From Octopus bimaculoides (Eukaryota), in NCBI RefSeq assembly GCF_001194135.2, contig NC_069000.1:7393559-7457558 (forward strand): a stretch of 64,000 nt of DNA, written 5' to 3'. The stretch's first letter is position 1, and the number at the start of each line of letters is the position of its first letter. The notes beneath the pieces were generated by a model. The model was given only the letters and a program-made list of their open reading frames with translations. It was not told the DNA's origin and ran no database searches. The translations under genes and the position numbers were made by a program. Positions 12,140 to 23,283 of this stretch are shown here, piece after piece.

Positions 12140-12900
12140 CATACAATAGATAGTAGTAGTAACGGTAGTGGTGGTGGTGGTTGTGGTGGTGGTCATCATA
12201 GAGTGCTGTCAAATGGTGTTAATGTTACAGTTTATGTTGATAATTACATCATAAGTGTTCTGTGTCAATCATCACCACCACTACCTCCACCACCACCACC
12301 ATTACTACCACCACCGTCTCCAGTACCACTGCTGCCACCACTACAACCACTACCACCACTAACACCACCACCACTAACACCACCACCACCATCATCACTA
12401 CCATTGCCATGCCGCCACCACCACCACCAATATTACTATCAGTACCACCACTACAACCATCCTCACTGCCACCACAACCTCTGCCACTGCCACCACCATC
12501 ACCATCACTACAACCATCACCAGCACTACCATTGCTGCTGCCACCACCACTACCACCACCACCACCACTACCACCACCATCATCACTACCATTACCGCTG
12601 CCGCTACCACTGCCTCTGCCACCACTACTACTTCTACCACTACAACACTTATAGGCTATACAATACCACTGCACCAAACCACACCTCATTACACAACTGT
12701 ACACCACCAAACCATCACATCACAGCAGACCGACACACACCACCCTTCACCACAAAAATACATTACACTGCCACACAACCCAACACTACAACATGACCAT
12801 ACTACTGCTCCACCCAACACCCTCTGCTGCACCACACCCCACTGTCACACCACTCTTTCACCACCACACCATAATTACATCACTACACTGCATCACCGCA
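12140..12900. repeat. (ACC/ACT/CAT)n trinucleotide low-complexity tract
   Basis: Direct inspection; accounts for the poly-P/T/H/V ORFs in the track. Confidence 0.9.
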
Positions 12901-13052
12901 CCATGCTAGCATACTTTATCAGCACCTCTGCACCTCGGCACTGATTAGCAATCAGCTAAACGCAAATTCCATTTAGGTTGTAATTTCTTTTAAAATATAT
13001 TCTTGAAAAGAATTAATTGTAAAATAAAGGGAGACAATTTATATTACACACG

Positions 13053-13097
<45 letters not shown>

Positions 13098-14153
13098 ATG
13101 CATACTTGTATGTATACATATACATGCATACATGTATATGTATGCATAGATACATGCACATGTGTATGTATATATAAATATATATATATTTGTAGAAACT
13201 CTGCCAGATCAGATTGGAGCCTGGTGCAGCCATCTGGTTCACCAGTCCTCAGTCAAATCGTCTAACCCATGCTAGCATGGAAAGCGGACGTTTAACGATG
13301 ATGAGGATGATTCTTTTATTCTTGTTTCAGTCATTTGAGGAGCACCGCGTTTAGTCAGATTGACCCTAGGACTCTCTCTCAGACTTTCTTCCTGTTTCTG
13401 TTGTACCTGTATTTCAAAGGGGCCAGCCTTGTCACACTGAATCTCCCCGAGAACTATGTTAAGGGTACACGTGTCTGTGCAGTACTCAGCCACTTGCACG
13501 TTAATTTCATGAGCAGGCTGTTCCGTTGATTGGATCAACTGGAATACTCATCATCATAACCGACAGAGTTCCAACATATATATATATATACTTACACACA
13601 CACATGCATACACACACTACAAGTGATTTCCTACCAAATTCTTCCAAATTCCTCTTGGTCCTTAGTGAGTTGAGATGACAAAGGTTTGTTAGTGGTGGGT
13701 AGTGATGGGGGGGGGGTGAACCAGCAGCAGGGTGGTCACTACTGCACCCACTAAAGACACACAACATAATATTTAGATAAAAAAATATTTCTTACCAAAC
13801 TTCACAGAAAGTGGATTTTTTGTTCAGGTTCAATTAAATAACTTCCACCTCCCCCACCAACCCGTTGATTCCCTCCCCCTACTCTCGCTGACACATCCAT
13901 GGTAATCATTAGTCACACCCCCACCACCTCCATCACACAGAGCAGTACGTTATGTAGAATGTGTACATACATTGTATGATGAGATAAGCAATTAACACCC
14001 AGAGGCTTATCACCTCAAAACTTTATTAATTCATTCATAGCTTCACTACTATGGAGCTTCTGTTTGTCTATTCATTTAGACTCTTCATTCCTCAATTCTC
14101 ACATTCTAAATTTCTGCCACATAACCAAATTTACACATACACACACATACATA

Positions 14154-14185
<32 letters not shown>

Positions 14186-14189
<4 letters not shown>

Positions 14190-14376
14190 GCAATAAGAAA
14201 ATGGAGGGGATCAAGAGGTGGTATTCATCAACTTATAGACATTATATTCTGTCTATTTATTTATTTTTTAAAAAAGACAATTATAGCAATATACATACAT
14301 GTATAACATATTATGCTTTACATATATAATATATAAAATACCAACTCTTGATCCCCTCCATTTTCTAATTTCTATA
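14186..14376. mobile_element. Short fold-back element/MITE with ~40-bp inverted arms
   Basis: agaaaatggaggggatcaagaggtggtatt (14196-14225) vs aataccaactcttgatcccctccattttct (14337-14366), one mismatch. Confidence 0.75.
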
Positions 14377-15318
14377 TGAATTAAGGGTAAAATAACTTTT
14401 TACCTTCACCCATTTATTACATTCAGTAGTGTAATTGCCATGCAATGAAAAAACACTTGTGTATTAATAATTGGGTATTCTACCAGCAGTATATTGGATA
14501 GATATTATCCCTTAGTTGGTTGGATTCACAACCTCTAACTCTCTTGGATATATGCATATACATACATACATATATATATATATANNNNNNNNNNNNNNNN
14601 NNNNNNNNNNNNNNNNNNNNNNNNNNNNNNNNNNNNNNNNNNNNNNNNNNNNNNNNNNNNNNNNNNNNNNNNNNNNNNNNNNNNNNNNNNNNNNNNNNNN
14701 NNNNNNNNNNNNNNNNNNNNNNNNNNNNNNNNNNNNNNNNNNNNNNNNNNNNNNNNNNNNNNNNNNNNNNNNNNNNNNNNNNNNNNNNNNNNNNNNNNNN
14801 NNNNNNNNNNNNNNNNNNNNNNNNNNNNNNNNNNNNNNNNNNNNNNNNNNNNNNNNNNNNNNNNNNNNNNNNNNNNNNNNNNNNNNNNNNNNNNNNNNNN
14901 NNNNNNNNNNNNNNNNNNNNNNNNNNNNNNNNNNNNNNNNNNNNNNNNNNNNNNNNNNNNNNNNNNNNNNNNNNNNNNNNNNNNNNNNNNNNNNNNNNNN
15001 NNNNNNNNNNNNNNNNNNNNNNNNNNNNNNNNNNNNNNNNNNNNNNNNNNNNNNNNNNNNNNNNNNNNNNNNNNNNNNNNNNNNNNNNNNNNNNNNNNNN
15101 NNNNNNNNNNNNNNNNNNNNNNNNNNNNNNNNNNNNNNNNNNNNNNNNNNNNNNNNNNNNNNNNNNNNNNNNNNNNNNNNNNNNNNNNNNNNNNNNNNNN
15201 NNNNNNNNNNNNNNNNNNNNNNNNNNNNNNNNNNNNNNNNNNNNNNNNNNNNNNNNNNNNNNNNNNNNNNNNNNNNNNNNNNNNNNNNTATATATATATA
15301 TATGTATGTATGTATGTA

Positions 15319-15495
15319 TTGTTATATTTGGGGATGGTCATTTGATCTTCACTGAAGTTTCATTATTAGCGGTTTATTTGTCAGATCTTTTCAATGACTG
15401 TTTTTCGTCTCTCCTCTTCTCCCTAGTCTAAAGTGAAGATCAAATTAATAGTGTGTGAGTTTATTGGCAAACTGACCCCCATCCAAATATAACAA
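15319..15495. mobile_element. Short MITE of the 9161-9457 family
   Basis: ttgttatatttggggatggtca ... tgacccccatccaaatataacaa. Confidence 0.65.
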
Positions 15496-17512
15496 CATCT
15501 GTTTCAACGCTCGATTTTGCATCAAGAATCACGCAAAACCACACTAGTCTACGTCAACATATTCTTTCTATACTGTCTTGTTGACTGTGGTTGCGTTGGG
15601 ACACCAGATACAAACACACATGGACGAATACATGTTGCTACAGACAGACACACACACGCGTACACACGATTGAATACATGTGGTGACAGACACACATATA
15701 CACACACACTCACTCATACACACCATATACACATATACACACACACTCACTCATCATATACACATATGTGAAACTGTGTCCACCCACACAACTATCAACT
15801 GTTCAACCATTCATCGTATCAACACCTCAAACGCTGGCTCCATCTACACCCTCTTTTCCTCTCTCTGTCTCACTTTCTTTTCTCCCTCTCTCTTTTCGTG
15901 GGTGGATGAAAGCAAAAGAAAGACAGAGAAAAAGGAACAACAATGGGTTCATGAGGAGGAGTGGTTGGTCTTACAATGCGCTCACCATATCCATTGCCAC
16001 TAAAATACACACACACACACACACACAATCACCCAGACCCATATATANNNNNNNNNNNNNNNNNNNNNNNNNNNNNNNNNNNNNNNNNNNNNNNNNNNNN
16101 NNNNNNNNNNNNNNNNNNNNNNNNNNNNNNNNNNNNNNNNNNNNNNNNNNNNNNNNNNNNNNNNNNNNNNNNNNNNNNNNNNNNNNNNNNNNNNNNNNNN
16201 NNNNNNNNNNNNNNNNNNNNNNNNNNNNNNNNNNNNNNNNNNNNNNNNNNNNNNNNNNNNNNNNNNNNNNNNNNNNNNNNNNNNNNNNNNNNNNNNNNNN
16301 NNNNNNNNNNNNNNNNNNNNNNNNNNNNNNNNNNNNNNNNNNNNNNNNNNNNNNNNNNNNNNNNNNNNNNNNNNNNNNNNNNNNNNNNNNNNNNNNNNNN
16401 NNNNNNNNNNNNNNNNNNNNNNNNNNNNNNNNNNNNNNNNNNNNNNNNNNNNNNNNNNNNNNNNNNNNNNNNNNNNNNNNNNNNNNNNNNNNNNNNNNNN
16501 NNNNNNNNNNNNNNNNNNNNNNNNNNNNNNNNNNNNNNNNNNNNNNNNNNNNNNNNNNNNNNNNNNNNNNNNNNNNNNNNNNNNNNNNNNNNNNNNNNNN
16601 NNNNNNNNNNNNNNNNNNNNNNNNNNNNNNNNNNNNNNNNNNNNNNNNNNNNNNNNNNNNNNNNNNNNNNNNNNNNNNNNNNNNNNNNNNNNNNNNNNNN
16701 NNNNNNNNNNNNNNNNNNNNNNNNNNNNNNNNNNNNNNNNNNNNNNNNNNNNNNNNNNNNNNNNNNNNNNNNNNNNNNNNNNNNNNNNNNNNNNNNNNNC
16801 GCCAGACTCAGCATCCATGGCACTCTCACTTTATTGCAATTAGGACTTCAGAAACAGGTGCCGGTGGAGGGGTGGGGTGTTGCGGGGGGGGGATGTGTTT
16901 CGGTTCCAAAAAGTCTACACATACATAGCATAGACTCACACGCACACACACACACACTCATTATTATGGAGATACACAGACACACTGTGTGTCACTTACA
17001 CACATACTTCAATAAACAGCTGAGACACACTTCACTTCCAGTCTAGACATACACTTGTCCTAGATATGCTCAAAAATGGGATGGTCATGGCTGGAATGCT
17101 TTTGGTCATAGATCAGCTCAACCAGGACTGCCTTTAACAACATTTAAGATTGAATTTGAAAACCTTCGAGTTTCTAAGAAAGATGAAAATAAAATCGTTG
17201 ATGTTGTTTCGCCTTAGGATAGCTCATAATAGAGACCAGTCATATTATCAAAGCTATTCTAGTCGTGATTATCTCGTGTTCAATATATTTAGGATTATAT
17301 TGTCCAACGTGTCCTTTCTTATTAAAGACACTTCAGAGGTTTTTTCTAGCAGGACAAGCGACCTTAACAAATCAGTCTTATTGACCGGAATAAAAAAATT
17401 AGAAGATGGGGGTAGAAGGAAGATGAGAGAACAAAAAGGGAAAGCTTAGCAGACTACAAATGTCTCATAGTATTTGATCTCATATGTTGACACACAGGGC
17501 ATACTAGATGCA

Positions 17513-17670
17513 GGCGCGGCTGTGTGGTAAGAAGCTTGCTTCCCAACTACATGGAAACGGGTTCAATGTCCCATTGAGTGACATTTTCGGCAAGTGTTTT
17601 GTGTTAAAGCCTTGGGCCGACCAAAGCCTTGTAAGTAGATTTGGCAGACGGAAACTGAAAGAAGCCTGTC

Positions 17671-17718
<48 letters not shown>

Positions 17719-17945
17719 TATTAAAGCCGATATATGTGTATATGTGCGTGTGTGTCCTTGTCCCCTACCACCGCTTGAAACCGGTGTTGGTGTGTTTACG
17801 ACCCGCTACTTAGCGGTTCGGTAAAAGACACCAATAGAATAGGTACCAGGTTTACTGGAGACGATTTATTCGATAAAAAATTCTTCCTCCAAGTGGTGCC
17901 CCAGCATGGCCGCGGTCTAATGGCTGAAACAAGTAAAAACATAAA
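17513..17945 (+). mobile_element. Family B SINE, near full length
   Basis: Head, internal (TA)n, ccgcttgaaaccggtgttgg segment and ccagcatggccgcgg...gaaacaagtaaaa tail. Confidence 0.85.
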
Positions 17946-18019
17946 AGATACTGAATTCAAATCTCGCTGTTGTTCGAATCTCTATCGGTTATCTCTCGTG
18001 GGCTGAGGGTTCATACATT

Positions 18020-18294
18020 GGCATACCTTCACAAGTATTTTCCCCACCGACTTTGTTTCCTCATAACTTTCAGAAAAAAAAACCAACAACAACATTGATA
18101 GGCGCGCATACATATATATTGACACATTGAGCTCGCCGACCAGTCTTTTTTCCTTCACATTAAATTCCGATATAATCGGAATCTACATCATCTGACAAGT
18201 ATTTGTAGGAAATTTCATTAAACAATGCGTATTTTTCTTAAAGTTATGAGGAAACAAAGTCGATGGGGGAGGGGCACAATTGAGTAGGTATGCC
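18020..18294. mobile_element. MITE with ~37-bp near-perfect inverted repeat
   Basis: ccccaccgactttgtttcctcataactttcagaaaaa vs tttttcttaaagttatgaggaaacaaagtcgatgggg; outer ggcatacc/ggtatgcc ends. Confidence 0.75.
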
Positions 18295-19689
18295 CATACA
18301 TTAAATGCCAGTGCTGTATTAGGTTCACTTCATTCGATTATATCGCAGCCCCAACTTAACAGATATCTAACCCTGTGCCAAAGTCAGACATTTAAACGAT
18401 CTTTTCATTATTGTACATGTAAATGCAACAATCGAAAGATGCCGATATTCCAAGTCTGAGAGAAGCGGGACAAAACTTCCATGTTGGTTCCCCACCATTT
18501 TTACCATTTCTAACGTTCTTTTTACTATACGGAGAAGAGGAAACCTGTAGATGGACACTTGCAGTAAAATCTCGTTTAAATATAGTTCCTACCGTGTAAA
18601 GAAAATGTATATTACATAATTCTGCTGCAGCTACAATGTGACTATATAAAAGACCAGGTGGTCAAATGCTGGGACGGCTTTGATTGAGATCAGATGTCGA
18701 CTGGATCAGATACACGAGAAGAACGAGGCACCATCAGAAGATGGAAGCAAGAAACCAGAAAGGTCACATGTCGAGGAATTGAAGAATATTGGCGATGAAG
18801 ATTTAAAACTTTCTCTCAGGCAAGAATAATGGATAAAGATGTAGATTGAGGAAGAGTTATGAGAGCACTGAGAGAAGAAAGAGAGAGAGAAGGGGGAAAA
18901 AGAGAGAGGAAGAGGCAGATAAAGACTAGGAGAAAACATAGTGAAAGAGAGAAAGCTAGAGAGAGAGAAAGAGACAGAGAAAGAGAGAAATTAGGGAAAC
19001 TGCCAAAGTGGTCGGTGGTCAGTGAGGAAACGTGTTTGAAAAAGTGAAAAGATGGCCAGATGTGTAGCAGCCAAACAGCCTAAAACTCCAGTTTATAGGA
19101 AGAAGGGATGTGAAATATATTGAAGATGGAGAGAAGGGGATGATGCAGAGGAGTTAAATGGGAGAAAAAGAGAATAAAATAGCGTGAGTTATAGGAACAG
19201 AGAGAATAGTGATAAAGGCATTGAGAGAAAGTGAGTGAAAGTAATAGATGAGTAGAGAGTGAGAAAGTGAGAAAGAAAAGGTGAGGAAATTAGTGAGAGC
19301 AAGTGCTAAAGGAAGAAGTGAGGGTGAGAGAGGAAGAGAAAGAGAAACAATAAATGGCGATAGAGAGAGGAAATGTGTACAATAAAAGAAAAGGAAAAGC
19401 GAGAGAGGGAGAGAATAGATAAAATAGTGCGAAGGAAGTGAGTTGTTTGGAGAAGGAGAATAAGAGGGAGAGAGTGACTAGGTGAATGCAGAGAGAGTAA
19501 AAGAGAAAGGGCAAGAGAGAGAGAGGGTTTGTGAATTGGTGAATGGCAAAGAGAGAGATGATTAGTGGGTAATAGAGAGAAAAAGGAAGAAAGAGGAAGA
19601 ATAAAGTGAAGCGCGAGTTGGTTATTTGTTAGATAAAACAGAGAGAACAGGAGTGGTTTGGTGAAGCAAAGAGAGAGAGTGAGGTGCCG

Positions 19690-20739
19690 AGTTGTAGTAA
19701 GAATACTAGCTTTCCTGCTTGTTCCCTCTTAACGCACCATACATTCACACACACTCGGTGTAGTTGAATTACAAAAATGGCCAACAACGCTATATTGGCT
19801 TGAAACGGTCCAAACAGACAAACGATCGGAGTAAAACTATATTCCTGCCAATTTGGACACGTAAATGGCATAAAAGAAACCCAGTTAATATTTGGTTGGA
19901 GCAGCATTTGAAATCAAGGCTAAGTACTTTATAATAAGCAACATGTCGCTATAATGTGTTGGTGAGTGTGTGGGTGTTTATTTGCGTATGTATACGTCTG
20001 TTGGGCGTGTAGTTTATGTATTATGTATGTATATATCCGTGTGCCTGGTGTTTAAATATTAACTAGATTGTGTGTGAGAGTGAGTGTATATGTGTGTGTG
20101 CTGGCATGCAGTCTCTATAGTTTCTCTGCACTTGTATTTACTGTAAACTGTATGTATGTGTATAGATATCGGGCTATGTATATATAGGTGTGTGTGTGCG
20201 TGTACTGTGTAGTATGAGTATAATATAGTCCGTGAGTGTGTGTGTGAGAGGGAGAGAGGGTGTGTGTGAGAGTGTGAGTATAATATAGAGTCTGTGTGTG
20301 AGTATGAGAGATAGGGAGAGTGCATGAGAAAGAGATACAGTGAGAGTATAATAGAGTAAGATAGAGAGTATATAATATAGCCTTTTGTGTGATAGAGAAA
20401 GAGTATATGTAGAGTGTATGCGAAAGTGATAAAATGATAGTATAATAGAGAGTGAGCGTGTAGTATAGACTGTATAAGAGATAGATTGAGAGAATAATAG
20501 AGTGTGTGTTTGTGTGAGAGTGAGAGTAATAATAGATTGTGTGTATGTCGAGTGGCTTTAGGCTCTCTCTCCACTTTTCTAGCGATATTAAGTCATCGCA
20601 GTAGAAGTACGAGTGTGAGTGTGTCTCGTGCGGGGGAAGCTGGGAACGGTGCCGGCACTGTAGGAACGAGGTAGCCCGAAACCAACAACAACAACAAATA
20701 AAAAACAAAAAACAAAAAAAAAACAGGAAGATAATCAAA
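19690..20739 (+). promoter_or_regulatory. Cbl promoter/5' leader region; possible non-coding exon ending at 19961 and spliced to 20583 (start coordinate approximate)
   Basis: CpG-retaining unique sequence, YY1-like AAAATGGC motifs, TTG|gtgagt donor at 19962, ctctctctccacttttctag acceptor ending at 20582. Confidence 0.45.
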
Positions 20740-21269
20740 ATGGCGCTGCCGTCGAAGGCTTGGAACACGCACAACTTCAGCGGCTTTATTAACCGCATCC
20801 AAGGTGCTCTTGGTCCCCCTAAACTGGTTGTCGATAAAAAAACCATCGAGAAATCATGGAAATTGATGGATAAAGTAGTAAAACAGTGCCAGCAGCCTCG
20901 CATGAACCTACGCAATAGCCCACCATTTATATTAGACATTTTACCGGACACTTATCAACATCTGAAGCTGGTTTGTTCCAAGTACGACGATAAACTACAC
21001 ACACTGAACGAATGCGAATATTTCCGCATCTTCATCGAGAACTTAATGAACAAATGTAAGGCTACCATCAACCTATTTAAAGATGGTAAAGAGAAAATGT
21101 TTGACGAGCAGTCGTATTACAGGCGAAACCTTACCAAACTGTCTTTGGTCTTCTCTCACATGCTAGCAGAGTTAAAGGCCATCTATCCAAACGGCAGTTT
21201 CGCTGGAGACAATTTCCGCATCACCAAAAGTGATGCCTCCGACTGGTGGAAGCGGTCATTCGAAGATAA
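20740..21269 (+). CDS. CBL: E3 ubiquitin ligase Cbl, first coding exon (four-helix bundle of the TKB domain)
   Basis: caaaATGG start context; MALPSKAWN...[46 protein letters not shown]...[49 protein letters not shown]; phase-2 donor AA|gtaagt. Confidence 0.98.
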
Positions 21270-21610
21270 GTAAGTATATATAATATATACAGCAATATTT
21301 ATATATATGATGTATATACACGTACCAAACATTGTACATATATTTCCCATTAAATATTACACTATGTTGTACACGGGTTTACTTTTGAGCTGTGTAATGT
21401 GGTCTCCATCTCGTCTAAGTGAATTTCCTCTCCGATCCTTATATATCAAGATGTATGTGTGTAATATATGTGTCTATATATGTGTGTGTGTACACATAAA
21501 GATGTCTGTGTATATATGAGGTGTATGTCTATAGTGTATATATTTCAAGATGTGGTGTTTATATATAAAGATGTAAATGTCTAAGATATGGACGTATAAA
21601 TTATGAGTAC

Positions 21611-21643
<33 letters not shown>

Positions 21644-23218
21644 CTTCGCGATCTATATATATATATAAAGATATGTATATGAATATATGATGTGTGTATA
21701 TATGTGCGCATTATATATTTGTATTAGGGTGTTTATATATTAAGTTGGATGTGTGTATTGTGAGTATAATTTAAAATTGTGTATATACACAAATATACTC
21801 TCAAGTTGTGTGGGTGTATACACACTTTAATATGCTTATATTATGATTAGTGAAACTTAGTGTATATAGATATACGTACAATTGATAGTATATAATATAT
21901 TGGTTTAATATTGTATTTTGATCTATACATCTAGAAATAAGTGTGTGTGTAGATGCAGTGGTCTTCCTGTCAAATGTACTTATCTCTCATACACATTTCA
22001 TAAACCTGGATTAATCTATAAGCTTGTACATATATCTCTTTTCCCCATACATCATTGTATACACATATGTGTGTGTGTGTGTATGAATATATAATGTATG
22101 TGTGGTCAGCCAGCTGTAATCTTTGTGCATGTGCCTTTTAAAATCACAGCTGCTTAACTCTCTTTGTAACCACCAAAATTACACACATACATATAAATAT
22201 ATAACATATATGTGTGTACATACACATATATATACGACTGGCATTTCCTTCGACAAGCCATCATCACACCTCTTAACATTTTCTTTGTTTTCCTTTTGAC
22301 GTTCTTAAAGAACTCCCTCCCCTCCCTCTGCCTCTTCGTTTATTCTTCACTTCTCTTTGTTTTCGCTTTACAGATTTGTTACATCTTACTCTCTCTCTCT
22401 CTCTCTCTGTGCACACACACACACACACGCACACACTCTTCTAGATACACAAGGAGTGTGTATAATTTCTCCTTTCTCCTCCAAGATCCTCTCTCCCACT
22501 TCTGCCACCACAGCTATCATCATCATCATTATCACGATATTTCACCATTGCTGAAAGATTTCTCTATCTTCTTAAAACCTAATCGTCTCCCTCTCTCTCT
22601 TTCTCTGTCTCTCTATCTCTCACCTCTCTCTCTCTCTCTATCTATCTATCTCTCATTTCTCTCTCTCTTACCTCTACCGTTAATCGCTGGCAGCCATTTT
22701 GTTTGTTTTGATTTCTTCCATGTAATCTTGTTCTCTTGTTTGTTTCAAGTTGCTCCTGCTGATGTTCTCATCACCACCATCATCGTAATCACCAAATCAT
22801 CGCCACAACCATCATTACCACCACCACCAACACCCCCCCCTTTCCAACAGCATATCACCAACACCACACCATCAACACCAAACCACCACCACCACCACCA
22901 CCTTACCCTCTTTAATCTTCATTTTGATCCATTAGTAAATATTACATTGAAATTAGAAAAAAAAAACGGTAAGGGTGGCGGGAAGGGCGGTTTACTTGGA
23001 GGTGAAAATACAAGATGGTGATGGTGTGGCAGTAGTGATGTGGGGCGTAGTGGTATAGTGGTAGTGTGATGCAGTTGTGGTTGTATAGTGTAATTATGTG
23101 TGGTGGTGGTGGTCTAGAGGTGTAATGTGATAGTTGCGGTGCAGAGAAACCTCCTTTTTTTTTTTTTAAAGTTTTGTAATTTAAATATTTAATGTCATCT
23201 TCCTTTGTTCTTTGGCAT

Positions 23219-23283
<65 letters not shown>

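Noticed and set aside
12107-12796. Overlapping Pro/His/Thr/Gly-rich ORFs (also 47905-48393, 46903-47353 and 22212-23021)
   Set aside because: They are translations of stop-free tri- and dinucleotide repeats or low-complexity sequence, with no domain signal or coherent splice structure.
5488-17046. Long ORFs of 190-386 aa in the track around 5.5-6.3, 14.5-15.4 and 15.8-17.0 kb
   Set aside because: They are open only because they span N-gaps.
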